Source of the DNA: an uncultured Gemmatimonadota bacterium
Lineage (GTDB): Bacteria > SM23-81 > DAOVCL01
Direction of reading: 5' to 3'
Assembly (NCBI GenBank): GCA_964626665.1
Contig: CAZVGK010000014.1
Span: forward strand, 14,926-78,925
Length of the DNA: 64,000 nucleotides
Shown here: one piece after another, positions 1 to 9,226 of the stretch
How the letters are laid out: each line of letters begins with the position of its first letter
Numbering within the stretch: position 1 is the stretch's first letter
Made by a program: the position numbers and the translations under genes
The notes under the pieces: generated by a model
Seen by the model: the letters and a program-made list of their open reading frames with translations, nothing else
What the model was told of the DNA's origin: nothing
Database searches by the model: none

Positions 1-704
1 GTAATCGGATTGGCGCCCATCTTCTTTCCTAAGCGGACCATCTCCGCCAGGCCCCTGGTCAAAAGCGCCCCCTTTGTGTTGTCCCCCAACTTTAGGCCAT
101 CACAGATGCCTGCGGCAATGGCGATTACATTCTTCAATGCCCCCCCCAACTCCACCCCCAAAACATCTGGGTTGGTATAGACCCGGAAATCGGAAGAGAA
201 GAAGAGCTCTTGCACCCGGCGAGCCGTGGTCAAACTTTGGGAGGCGGAAACCACCGTGGTAGGTATACCGCGGGCCACCTCCTCCGCATGGCTGGGGCCG
301 GAGATAACGGCTATCCTCCCTGGGGGAATTCCCAGCTCCTCCTGCAAAATCTGCGACATAGTCAGCAGGCTCTCATTCTCTATCCCCTTGGTCCCGCTGA
401 CCAGTATGGGCCCGGAGAGGGGAAGATCATTTAACTTCTGAGCAACATCTCGCAGACAATGTGAGGGAAGGGTTAAGAGTATAAATTCTCTTCCACTTAC
501 AACCTCACTTAAAGAGGAACTTATCTCCACTTGAGAAGGTATCTTCACCCCAGGGAGCTTCTCTGACCTCGCCCTCTTCCTGTCGAGAAGGGCAGAGGCT
601 TGCGGATCGGATTCCCAAACCGTAACCTTTAAGCCTTTCCGGCTTAAAAGCAGGGAGAGGGCTAAGCCCCAGCTTCCTGCCCCCAAGATGCCCACCCCAT
701 TCAT
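1..704 (-). CDS. gpsA: NAD(P)H-dependent glycerol-3-phosphate dehydrogenase (partial, runs off window start)
   Basis: Not in the ORF track. Manual translation from ATG at 704 gives MNGVGILGAGSWGLALS (Rossmann GAGSWG). ATGA overlap with the plsY stop; typical der-plsY-gpsA order. Confidence 0.92.
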   Translation of the reverse strand, partial: MNGVGILGAGSWGLALSLLLSRKGLKVTVWESDPQASALLDRKRARSEKLPGVKIPSQVEISSSLSEVVSGREFILLTLPSHCLRDVAQKLNDLPLSGPILVSGTKGIENESLLTMSQILQEELGIPPGRIAVISGPSHAEEVARGIPTTVVSASQSLTTARRVQELFFSSDFRVYTNPDVLGVELGGALKNVIAIAAGICDGLKLGDNTKGALLTRGLAEMVRLGKKMGANPI

Positions 705-1336
705 AGCTTCACCTTTTCTCCTATTTTCCTCTCCTCCCCGGCCAACAACCGGCGAATGTTAGATCTGTGGGTTATCAAAACAACGAGGGAAACAATTAGT
801 GAAAATATAAAAAGATATGGATTGATTTTCAAGCCAAATATGAAATCTTCTCCAGCTAAAATTAAAGGGAGGGAGAAGGTGGCAGAGAGCGAACTTAGGG
901 AGACATACCTGGTAAAGTAAAGGAGACCAAGAAAAATTAAAAGGGCAAAAAGGGTGGGCAAAGGGGCAAGACCCAAGAAGACCCCTAATGTGGTGTTTAC
1001 CCCTTTCCCTCCCCTAAAACCAGCAAAAAGAGGAAATATGTGACCTAATATGGCAGAGAGACCAGCTAATATGGGAAGAATTTGTGGCGCTATAACTCCA
1101 GAATAATGAGGAAGTTTCCATAGCCAGAGGACAGGAACCACCCCTTTGCAGACATCAACAATTAAAACTATCAGGGCATACTTTAGGCCTAAGACCCTAT
1201 ATGCATTGGTAAACCCGGCATTGCCACTGCCATATCTTCTCAGATCGACCCCTTTGGCCAACTTGCCCAGCCATACGCTGGTGGGGACCGAACCAACCAG
1301 ATAGCTTAACACCAAGGCAAAGAAAAGATTGATCAT
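701..1336 (-). CDS. plsY: Glycerol-3-phosphate acyltransferase PlsY
   Basis: GSGNAGFTN, GHIFPLFAGFRGGKGV and HRSNIRRL motifs; hydrophobic helices. Confidence 0.96.
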   Translation of the reverse strand: MINLFFALVLSYLVGSVPTSVWLGKLAKGVDLRRYGSGNAGFTNAYRVLGLKYALIVLIVDVCKGVVPVLWLWKLPHYSGVIAPQILPILAGLSAILGHIFPLFAGFRGGKGVNTTLGVFLGLAPLPTLFALLIFLGLLYFTRYVSLSSLSATFSLPLILAGEDFIFGLKINPYLFIFSLIVSLVVLITHRSNIRRLLAGEERKIGEKVKL

Positions 1337-1337
1337 C

Positions 1338-2654
1338 TTACTTATGACGGAACTTCAGCTTTATGGGAGTTCCCCGCAGGTCGAAGTCCCTCCTCATCTG
1401 GTTGTTCAAATAGGCGATGTAGTTTTTGCTTACATCCTGGGGGTAATTACTAAAAAAGGTGAAAGTGGGGGGTTCTTGGTCCGTTTGCACGAAGTAAAGG
1501 AGTTTGATCTCCTTTCCGCGACGGGAGAAGGGAGGGTTTGCCTTAATCCACTCCTGGAGCCTTTTATTCAACACCCTGGTAGCCAGCTTCCTTTTCCTGT
1601 TCTCCTGCACCCTCTTGGCCCAGTCCAGACATTCGGTAACCCCTATTCCCTTTATGGCCGAGGTAAATACTAAGGGAGCAAAGAAGAAACGAGGGGCTCT
1701 CTCCTGGAGATAAAGCTCAAAATCACTCTTCTCCTTTCCCACTACCAGATCCCATTTATTGGCGACAACTACCAATCCCTTGGAGGAGGATTCTACCAGA
1801 GAGAGTATTTTCAGATCCTGGTTAGTTATCCCCTTATAGGCATCAACGAGGACCAAGGCCACTTGTGCCCTCTGGAGAGAACGAAATGCCCGCAAGGTGC
1901 TGTAATATTCTATCCCTGTGGTTACCTTCCATCTCCTCCGCAAACCCGCTGTATCTACCAAAATGAAGCTTTGGCCATCTCGGTGAAAGACAGTATCTAT
2001 GGAATCCCTGGTAGTACCCGGCCGGGAATCAACTATCACCCTCTCCCGACCGTAGATGGCGTTTACCAAAGATGACTTGCCTACATTGGGGCGGCCTAAA
2101 ACCGCAATCCTTAGCTGTTCTCCTTTTATCTCCCCCTTTTCTGTGGGAGGAATCTTTTCTATTACCCTGTCCAGGAGCGTTCCTATATTCCGACCAGCAG
2201 TAGCCGAGAGGGGAAGAGGTTCCCCCAATCCCAATTTCATAAACTGAAAGCTTGCGGGCTCCTGGCCTGGGTTATCGACCTTATTAACGGTTAGAATAAC
2301 CTTTTCTCCTTTTTTGAACAAGAGCTTGGCAATCTGCACATCCAGATCTACAGGGCCCGTTTGGTTATCCACCAGGAAGATCACCACTTCAGACTCCTCA
2401 ATAGCAAACTGAACCTGGGTTCTCACTGAGCTCCCTATTTGATCCTGCGTATGAGGAACCATTCCCCCCGTATCCACTAAAAGGAAATCCCTCCCCTCCC
2501 AACTGGTCAGGGAATAGTTCCGGTCCCTGGTTATCCCCGAGTCCGGGCTGGTAATGGCCAACCTCCTGCGTAAAATCCGATTAAAGAGGGTAGACTTGCC
2601 CACATTGGGCCTTCCCACTATGGTCACCGTAGGGAGTTTAATTTCTTGTTCCAT
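1338..2654 (-). CDS. der: Ribosome biogenesis GTPase Der (EngA)
   Basis: Two GRPNVGKS P-loops, DTGG/DTAG, NKVD/NKWD. Confidence 0.97.
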   Translation of the reverse strand: MEQEIKLPTVTIVGRPNVGKSTLFNRILRRRLAITSPDSGITRDRNYSLTSWEGRDFLLVDTGGMVPHTQDQIGSSVRTQVQFAIEESEVVIFLVDNQTGPVDLDVQIAKLLFKKGEKVILTVNKVDNPGQEPASFQFMKLGLGEPLPLSATAGRNIGTLLDRVIEKIPPTEKGEIKGEQLRIAVLGRPNVGKSSLVNAIYGRERVIVDSRPGTTRDSIDTVFHRDGQSFILVDTAGLRRRWKVTTGIEYYSTLRAFRSLQRAQVALVLVDAYKGITNQDLKILSLVESSSKGLVVVANKWDLVVGKEKSDFELYLQERAPRFFFAPLVFTSAIKGIGVTECLDWAKRVQENRKRKLATRVLNKRLQEWIKANPPFSRRGKEIKLLYFVQTDQEPPTFTFFSNYPQDVSKNYIAYLNNQMRRDFDLRGTPIKLKFRHK

Positions 2655-2681
2655 AATTACTTACTTTGTAAATTTGAAGCA

Positions 2682-3974
2682 TTATTTAAAATCTCCGGAA
2701 GGCAGGAGGGAAAGGGCTTTTAGCCCCTCTTCCCAATCAAAGAAGATTCGACAATGCGACCTCTTCTCCATCTCTGCAGGGGAGAGGTCATCCAAGAACC
2801 GCCTATCCTCATTCAAACAATTGGGAGGCAGAAAGAGAGCATCGCCACAGGATGCGGATTTACTTACCCTCTCCAGTATATCCGCCCCACTCAAAAGACC
2901 CGATACAGTGACCTCCTCTCCCAAAAAACGATTTGATATGGACAAAAGCCTGGCCTCGACGTTAGGGAGTAAATTAAGATCATCCCTGATCCCCTTCATA
3001 AGCCCCTGGGCCAGCTTGCCGGTAACCAGAGTTAACCGCAAATTACCCTTTCCATCTCTCTTTAACTTGGTGCGCAGTCCCCTCCATCTATCCTTAAATT
3101 TTCTCCACATCCCTACCCCATCCTCCAACTGGGGGAAATCTTCATAATAGTTCGAGGGAGGAACCCCCCTCCCTGCTTTCAGGTAGATCTCGTCCGCCAA
3201 CCAGACAAAACCAGAGCCGGCCTCCTTCTGAAATTGCTTCCTCCAGTCCCCCACCTCCTTGATGAGATTAAAACAGTCCCCTTTCCCCATTGGGTGGAGA
3301 GGATAAAGACCCTCTCTCCATTTGGTTAATCCCACTGGAACAACAGCTACCGATCTTACCTTTGGGTAAAAAGAGAACAAATCCCAAACAGCTTTCCTTA
3401 AATAAGGTCCATCGTTTATCCCCGGACAGAGGACTATCTGGGCATGGAGTTCTATCCCCCCTCTGGTTAGTCTCTTTATCAGGGGGAGAAGTGGGGGGGC
3501 CTTTGGATTTCCCAGCATCCTCCTTCGCAGGGAATCATCAGTAGTGTGGACGGAGATATAAAGGGGGCTCAACCTCTGGCCGATAATTCTTTTCAGATCA
3601 TTCTCGGAGAGATTGGTCAAAGTGATATAATTCCCAAATAGAAAGGAGAGCCGATAATCCTCATCTTTGAAATAGAGGCTTTTTCTCAATCCTGGAGGGA
3701 GCTGGTCCACAAAACAGAAGAGGCAGTGATTTGGGCAAGAGCGATAGGGCATCGGCTCAAATTGAAGACCTATTTCCTTATTGGGCAAATTATCAATGAT
3801 TATCTCCTTGATTTTCTTAGATTTATCCTTGATTTTTAAAGTTATCCTTTCAGAATCAGAATAGAAAATCCAATCTATGATATCCCCCACTGGTTGTCCA
3901 TTCACCTCCAGCAGTTGATCCCCGGATCCTATCCCCCACCTCTCCCCTCCCCCCTTAATGGTAAGCATCTCCAT
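2682..3974 (-). CDS. DUF512 family radical-SAM-like Fe-S protein with N-terminal PDZ-like domain
   Basis: CPNHCLFC, KDEDYRLSFLFGNYITLTN, YEDFPQLEDGVG. Start moved from 4088 to about 3974 because the longer ORF overlaps a tRNA. Confidence 0.88.
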   Translation of the reverse strand: MEMLTIKGGGERWGIGSGDQLLEVNGQPVGDIIDWIFYSDSERITLKIKDKSKKIKEIIIDNLPNKEIGLQFEPMPYRSCPNHCLFCFVDQLPPGLRKSLYFKDEDYRLSFLFGNYITLTNLSENDLKRIIGQRLSPLYISVHTTDDSLRRRMLGNPKAPPLLPLIKRLTRGGIELHAQIVLCPGINDGPYLRKAVWDLFSFYPKVRSVAVVPVGLTKWREGLYPLHPMGKGDCFNLIKEVGDWRKQFQKEAGSGFVWLADEIYLKAGRGVPPSNYYEDFPQLEDGVGMWRKFKDRWRGLRTKLKRDGKGNLRLTLVTGKLAQGLMKGIRDDLNLLPNVEARLLSISNRFLGEEVTVSGLLSGADILERVSKSASCGDALFLPPNCLNEDRRFLDDLSPAEMEKRSHCRIFFDWEEGLKALSLLPSGDFK

Positions 3975-4038
3975 CTCTTTCCCTCTAACCTTCAAGGAAA
4001 AAGGAGACAGATTCCCTGTCCCCTTCTCCATACAAAAG

Positions 4039-4110
<72 letters not shown>

Positions 4111-4120
4111 CTGATCCTTA

Positions 4121-4148
4121 ATTTTAACAAATTTCCCCCAGATGTCAA
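4121..4148 (-). promoter_or_regulatory. sigma70-like promoter upstream of tRNA-Gly
   Basis: TTGACA-N16-TAAAAT on the minus strand, 10 nt before the tRNA. Confidence 0.75.
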
Positions 4149-4202
4149 CAACTTTTTTATGGGAGTCCAATGCCTATATATGAGATTCCTTGCTCCAAGA
4201 GT

Positions 4203-5258
4203 TCATTCCCCTTTGTTGAGATAGAGTGTTTGAGTGGGATAGGCCATTTCGACCCCTTCCTTTTCAAACTTCTCCTTGATGGCCAGATTTATCTCCTGTT
4301 GGGTATCCATATATTTGTTGTAATCGCTTGATCTTAGGTAATAAACCACCTCGAAGTCCAGGCTGAAGTCACCAAATTTCTTGAAATGAACCCTATCAAT
4401 ATCTGCCAGTTCAACCTTGGCTATTATGTCTCTGACAATTTGTGGTATCCCCTTCAGCTTCTCCGTGGGGGTCTCGTATTTAACCCCAAAACCGAAGGCT
4501 ATCCTTCTCTTTTCCATTTTCTTGTAGTTATGCACCCTTGTCTCCGTCAATTCCCTGTTAGATACAACCAATTCTTCTCCCTGTAGGGTCTGGATCCTGG
4601 TGGTCTTTATGCCGATCTTCTTCACCACCCCCAGATCACCTCCTACAATGATGAAGTCCCCAATCTGGAAGGGTTTATCAAAATAGATGGAAAAGGCGGC
4701 AAAGATGTCCACGAGGATGTTCTGTAAGGCAAAGGCGATGGCTACTCCTCCTATCCCTAACCCAGCGATCAAAGTGGAGATATTGTACCCCAAATTTGAT
4801 AAAATAAGAATTATGGCTATAACCCAAAGGGAGGCCTTCAAAATCTTGCCCAAAAGATCAATGACTGTGGTATCGCTTACTTTCTCTTCTTTCTGCCTCT
4901 TCTCTATTACTTTGCGGGTGGTATAATCGATTATCCTTTGAATAGCCCTCACCGCATAGTAGGTAACAATGATAACAACCCCCCAACGGAGAACCTTTTG
5001 GATTAAATCTATGGGGTGGATAAACTGCAGGGCAAGCCATAAGGACAAAATCAGGTAAAACGGCCATCCTACTCCGGCAACTATCTTTATTACCAGGTCA
5101 TCAAAATCAGTTTTCGTTTTGGTGGCTATTTTTCTCAGCCTGGCGATTATCAGTTGCTTAAAGAGCTTGATAACACCAATGGCCGCCCCAAAAACTGCCA
5201 GAGCTATTAAGTAGTTCCTCACCAAATTACCTCCAAATCTGTAAGTTAAGATATCCAT
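4203..5258 (-). CDS. Small-conductance mechanosensitive channel (MscS family)
   Basis: LIAGLGIGGVAIAFALQ, DKPFQIGDFI, final MAYPTQ. Confidence 0.93.
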   Translation of the reverse strand: MDILTYRFGGNLVRNYLIALAVFGAAIGVIKLFKQLIIARLRKIATKTKTDFDDLVIKIVAGVGWPFYLILSLWLALQFIHPIDLIQKVLRWGVVIIVTYYAVRAIQRIIDYTTRKVIEKRQKEEKVSDTTVIDLLGKILKASLWVIAIILILSNLGYNISTLIAGLGIGGVAIAFALQNILVDIFAAFSIYFDKPFQIGDFIIVGGDLGVVKKIGIKTTRIQTLQGEELVVSNRELTETRVHNYKKMEKRRIAFGFGVKYETPTEKLKGIPQIVRDIIAKVELADIDRVHFKKFGDFSLDFEVVYYLRSSDYNKYMDTQQEINLAIKEKFEKEGVEMAYPTQTLYLNKGE

Positions 5259-5265
5259 AATGAAC

Positions 5266-5530
5266 TTAGCTCCCTGCGACGGGCCTTTTTGACAGGATAA
5301 CAGGATTTACTGGATTTTTATTCATCCTGTCTATTATTGTAAGAGCTGTCAGCCCCGTTCCGACGGGATTCCTGGCGGAAGAGGTAACTCCTGACAGCAC
5401 ATTTTTGATCGACATCACGAGTTGCTTACAACATCTAGTTTGCTGTGAATGATAGCATCCACAAGGAGCAGAGGAAGAGAGTCTCATTTGTCCCGATCAT
5501 CCTGTCAATCCTGTCTAAAAATGGGAATCC
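5266..5530 (+). repeat. Intergenic repeat family A, copy 1
   Basis: Ends TTAGC..GCG.CGG...TTTTTGACAGGATAACAGGATTTACTGGA and ATCCTGTCAATCCTGTCTAAAAATGG. Left and right parts closely match 24637-24889 (reverse); ends shared with 57087-57475. Confidence 0.85.
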
Positions 5531-5642
5531 CAATGCTTTTTAATTAGGACGCAGATTTTCGCCGATACCCGCAGAAAGTTAAAATCTTGACAACCTGCGT
5601 TTATCTGCGTCCAAAAAAGGAATTTCCTCTGCTTTCCAGATA

Positions 5643-6497
5643 CTAAGGGTTCCTCTTTCCCTTCCAAACACCATTAGCCCATAAACCGAATGGAGTAGTG
5701 GGTCCAATTCGTCTTGTATACCATTCACCTACAACAGAATCAGAGCTGGCCGGCAGATGCCCGGAAAATAAGAAAAGCGAATATTCACTATGGCCAAAGC
5801 TGTCCCTTAACGTTCCCGGAAAGTAAAAGCTAATGGAATCCGTGGAAACGATTTTCCCCTCCGCAGGCATACTTAGAGCAAAGGTATCCTTTTTGCCCCA
5901 AAAGGATGCATTACCGCCCATTAGAACTGGGTCTCCCCATCCCGTTTCTGTAAATGCAATGGATAGTGAAGCATCTCTCATATAGGTGGTATCCACAATA
6001 TTCAGGCTATCATAGACCATCTGCCCATCTGCCTTTCCCTGCCATATCCTCCTTATGCCCTTCTTCAAAGTATAATTACCCCCGCCTGAACCATAGGAAT
6101 AAGTCCCTTGAATCTTATCACCGGACAGGGTTCCCACACAGGTGAGGGTATCTTCATCTTCTTGAATGATTACCATAGTGAAATCTACTCCATTCTCTGA
6201 ACTACCCGAAACCTGACCAACCTGGTAATGTGGAGTATCAAATAACCCGAAGTAGAAGAGAGTCGCCGTGCCGGAGATTGTTTTCCCTTGACCGACCAAA
6301 TCTGCCCAAACCCTCCCCAGGGGGATGGTATCAGATTCTGCCCTCGCCCATCCCCAACATCCCAGCCAACTCCCGGTGAAACCAACTGGCTTACCATAAT
6401 TTGCAGGCTTCTCTTTTCCGCACCCTGACACAAGAACAATAACAAACATTATCCCTAACAAACCAACCTTTTTATACATCCCAATCCTTCCCATCAT
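5643..6497 (-). CDS. Hypothetical lipoprotein, beta-rich
   Basis: Signal peptide with lipobox VSGC; no family recognised. Confidence 0.7.
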   Translation of the reverse strand: MMGRIGMYKKVGLLGIMFVIVLVSGCGKEKPANYGKPVGFTGSWLGCWGWARAESDTIPLGRVWADLVGQGKTISGTATLFYFGLFDTPHYQVGQVSGSSENGVDFTMVIIQEDEDTLTCVGTLSGDKIQGTYSYGSGGGNYTLKKGIRRIWQGKADGQMVYDSLNIVDTTYMRDASLSIAFTETGWGDPVLMGGNASFWGKKDTFALSMPAEGKIVSTDSISFYFPGTLRDSFGHSEYSLFLFSGHLPASSDSVVGEWYTRRIGPTTPFGLWANGVWKGKRNP

Positions 6498-6506
6498 CCA
6501 GTCTTA

Positions 6507-6770
6507 TTATTACTCAGGTCACATTATAGTTTGCATATTGCTATTATCTCATTGGTCATTGCGAGGCCTGTCCCGAGCGTAAGCGAGGAAACTGGCCGAA
6601 GCAATCTCATAGTCTAAACAGGTATTCGGTGTTTTGAGATTGCTTCGCTCCGCTCGCCCCGTTAGATATCGATGAGATCTTAGAGATCTCAGGAGAATCT
6701 GACATTGAGAGAGATTATTATCTAACGGGGCTCGCAAGGACATGCAATCTACTTAGTGGCCTGAATAATA
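6507..6770. repeat. Composite repeat family C with an internal GTCATTGCGAG...GAAGCAATCTC...GAGATTGCTTC palindromic element
   Basis: Imperfect terminal IR TATTACTCAGGTCAC/GTGGCCTGAATAATA; second copy at 14859-15080. Confidence 0.8.
6657..6730. mobile_element. Mini-element with CCCCGTTAGATA terminal IR and CTCG target duplication
   Basis: ctcg|CCCCGTTAGATA...TATCTAACGGGG|ctcg. Confidence 0.75.
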
Positions 6771-7013
6771 TTTAGTAGGGGCTTAAGCCAATAAGAATGA
6801 AAAAGGAGCTAAATCCCCAGGCCCCGCGGGAAAGGATAATGCATAAGTAAAGGAAATGAATCGTTCTCGCAATAGATACATTGCAGATTGGTTATTCCCG
6901 CACCTTGATTCTATGAATTTCCACCAAAGGCAATTTGCCCTTATTGGGATGATCTCTAACTTACAGGGCAATAACACAATTATAGTCTGGAGCCGGAAAT
7001 ATCCATATTTCTT

Positions 7014-7140
7014 GTCATTTCGGCAATCTTTACCGGGGTGGCAGAACCCCGATTCTGCCACCCTTGCCGTCAGATGGGGGCATCTGACGGCTCACTACAA
7101 ATCAGCAATGGATTCCCGCTAACGGTGGGCGGGAATGACA
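7014..7140. repeat. GTCATT...GATTCCCGC...GCGGGAATGAC palindromic repeat with nested hairpins
   Basis: Inverted ends; contains a 28-bp hairpin (7037-7064) identical to 21429-21456. Confidence 0.65.
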
Positions 7141-7279
7141 AATTCGGACAGACACTATCTAAGCAAAACCCCTGTTCAAAGAAATCGGAATGGAATCAAG
7201 TTCCTGCGCCTTGGTAATTACAACTGGATCGGCTGAATCTGCGGGAATATGATCCTTTCCCAGGTCAATATTGAGATGT

Positions 7280-7495
7280 TCAAGAGTGAGTCAAAGCAAC
7301 ATCTTCCAGAACTACCTGTTTGAAGACGTTCTTGTCACCCAAACGTTTAATCGCATCTAAGATTTCAATACCTGCTAGATGCCCATCGGCATCGTAGTCC
7401 GCAGCTATCCCCTCGCCAAGATGCTTGGTTGTGACTGTTGCCTCACGGAAACGAATATAGAGGGCATCTACCTCAGGATCATAGGTGATTTTCAT
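7280..7495 (-). CDS. DUF2283 protein (putative antitoxin)
   Basis: MKITYDPEVDALYIRF...GIEILDA signature. Confidence 0.9.
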   Translation of the reverse strand: MKITYDPEVDALYIRFREATVTTKHLGEGIAADYDADGHLAGIEILDAIKRLGDKNVFKQVVLEDVALTHS

Positions 7496-7510
7496 AATCT
7501 ATTCTCCTTT

Positions 7511-7789
7511 TCAAAAATAATATGTATACACTGTAACAACCACAATTTCTGTATCTTCTTCGACAAAAATTGGGCGTACCTGCTTTGTTGCATATTTTTT
7601 TTCATTCCACTCCTTACCAAAAGGAAAGTCCTTGCGACATTCAAGTCGCCCTAATTCAGCTGGAGACCAGTTCTCTGAACGTATTGCTTGAATAATTTCC
7701 TCTTCTGTGGCTCCTCGAAAAGGCAATTGCAAACGGGCATGTCCAGAAAGGCGTATAGGCTTTTTCTTCCTGATCCCATCAATCTTCAT
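7511..7789 (-). CDS. DUF4258 protein (putative BrnT/RelE-like toxin)
   Basis: LSGHARLQ..RG.TEEEI...IVVVTVY; paired with DUF2283. Confidence 0.8.
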   Translation of the reverse strand: MKIDGIRKKKPIRLSGHARLQLPFRGATEEEIIQAIRSENWSPAELGRLECRKDFPFGKEWNEKKYATKQVRPIFVEEDTEIVVVTVYTYYF

Positions 7790-7810
7790 AAGAATCTATT
7801 TCGCAATTTC

Positions 7811-7882
7811 ATCCAACGGGGCAATGGATGAGCGAATTTGGGCGGAGCGAAGCGGAGCCGCTTACCCGCCACCCCGTTAGGC
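7811..7882 (-). other. attC-like site
   Basis: Minus strand GCCTAAC (RYYYAAC)...GTTGGAT (GTTRRRY) with paired arms; 72 bp; directly upstream of the DUF4258 gene. Confidence 0.55.
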
Positions 7883-8062
7883 TAAATGTCGCCCCTATAT
7901 AGACTGGTGGCTTATATAAACTCCTAAATTTGGTTACACCTCGGCTTCGTGGCGTAGCCAAGGCCAATTAGCCTGTCGATTTCAGTGCTAACGAAGCTAC
8001 CCGACAGGGCAATTTGGGCCAGCCCAAGTTTCCCACAAACACCGTGATAGGATAAGTTTCTC

Positions 8063-9088
8063 TCATTTTCCAAATAATTTATCGAATCTTGTAAGTGTCT
8101 TCCAATCGCCTTTAACTTTATATCTTCTTGTGAAGTATGCTCTTGTACCGCTAATTTCCCCTTTTACAATTTTCAACCAAATATCAGCAGGAGTTGTTAT
8201 TATTAAAGTGGGTATTTGAGCCTCACCCTCATGATGAGTACATCTTTGGTCTTTTATTCTAAGGTAACTCTTAAAGTTCTCCTTACCAGTTACAATAAAT
8301 TGTATCGCAGCATCCATATCCCTTGCAACCTCTGGATTAAAAGCTTGTGGCATGCTTTTTATTAACTCCTCGCAACTTTCAGGAATAGCTGGAGCTTCTT
8401 CCTTTTCTTTGGCCTCGATTTCTTTAAGCCAACCTTTTTCTTTCCAGAATTCGTAATCAGCTTTAAGATATCTTCCTGCTACCCGCATTATTTGCTTTAT
8501 TTCTGGACGCGGCTTATACGATTTAGATATTTTGTGGGTTCTTAATTCCTCCCTTATCGAATTCACAAGCTCTTCCGCTAACTCTTTTGCCTTTGTCTTT
8601 ACTTTTTCTTCTTCAGGAAATATGTGATTCCCATAGGCAATGGTAGCAAGTTCTCCTATTGGGGTGACCCCCATAGTAGCCAAAACACCGTTTATATAAT
8701 CAGCTACCCTATTTTCACCACTTCCAGCAGAGGGCGAAACTGCTATGCAAAGTTTCCCAATAAGCTGGGGTCTATGGCATATAAAAGCCGACCTATCAAA
8801 GAAAACCTTAGTTTGAGCAGGAACATCAATAACATAAGAAGGAGCACCGAAGATTATCCCATTGGACTCAATCATCCTCTTATGTATTCTCTCAACATCG
8901 TCTTTTTGTGGACATCTCCCCTTTATCATACAATCACTACATCCTAAGCAATATCTTATATCAAAATCAGTTAAAGCAATAATTTCTGTATTTACATCTT
9001 TTTCATTTATATAATCGATTATCCACTTTATCATTTGGTAAGTATTGCCTCTTCTTCTTGGAGAACCAACTATCCCTAAAATCTTCAT
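8063..9088 (-). CDS. Iron-sulfur flavoprotein-like NADPH-dependent FMN reductase fused to a C-terminal SCP2 domain
   Basis: GSPRRRGNT, CLGCSDC..C; C-terminal FNPEVA...IQFIVTG...YKVKGD is SCP2-like. Confidence 0.85.
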   Translation of the reverse strand: MKILGIVGSPRRRGNTYQMIKWIIDYINEKDVNTEIIALTDFDIRYCLGCSDCMIKGRCPQKDDVERIHKRMIESNGIIFGAPSYVIDVPAQTKVFFDRSAFICHRPQLIGKLCIAVSPSAGSGENRVADYINGVLATMGVTPIGELATIAYGNHIFPEEEKVKTKAKELAEELVNSIREELRTHKISKSYKPRPEIKQIMRVAGRYLKADYEFWKEKGWLKEIEAKEKEEAPAIPESCEELIKSMPQAFNPEVARDMDAAIQFIVTGKENFKSYLRIKDQRCTHHEGEAQIPTLIITTPADIWLKIVKGEISGTRAYFTRRYKVKGDWKTLTRFDKLFGK

Positions 9089-9226
9089 TATTCTCCCTTA
9101 CTGAGTATATGAAAATTTCGCCTATCTCGTTTATATCGGTCTATTCGATATACTCTCAAAATGGAGGTATTTGTGACAATGTCTGATATACCTTTTATCT
9201 CGGGATGGTATCACCCTGTTGTAGGT

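Noticed and set aside
5266..5487. 73-aa ORF similar to the 90-aa ORF at 24667-24939
   Set aside because: The similarity comes from non-coding repeat family A; no RBS or family evidence.
6783..7122. Short ORFs on both strands
   Set aside because: No family motifs, and they partly run through palindromic repeats.
4203..9220. Integrative island at tRNA-Gly
   Set aside because: It lies 5' of the tRNA; no integrase and no duplicated tRNA end were found.
9120..9224. Possible attC behind proS (CTACAAC...GATAGGC)
   Set aside because: Both cores deviate from consensus and the arms pair poorly.
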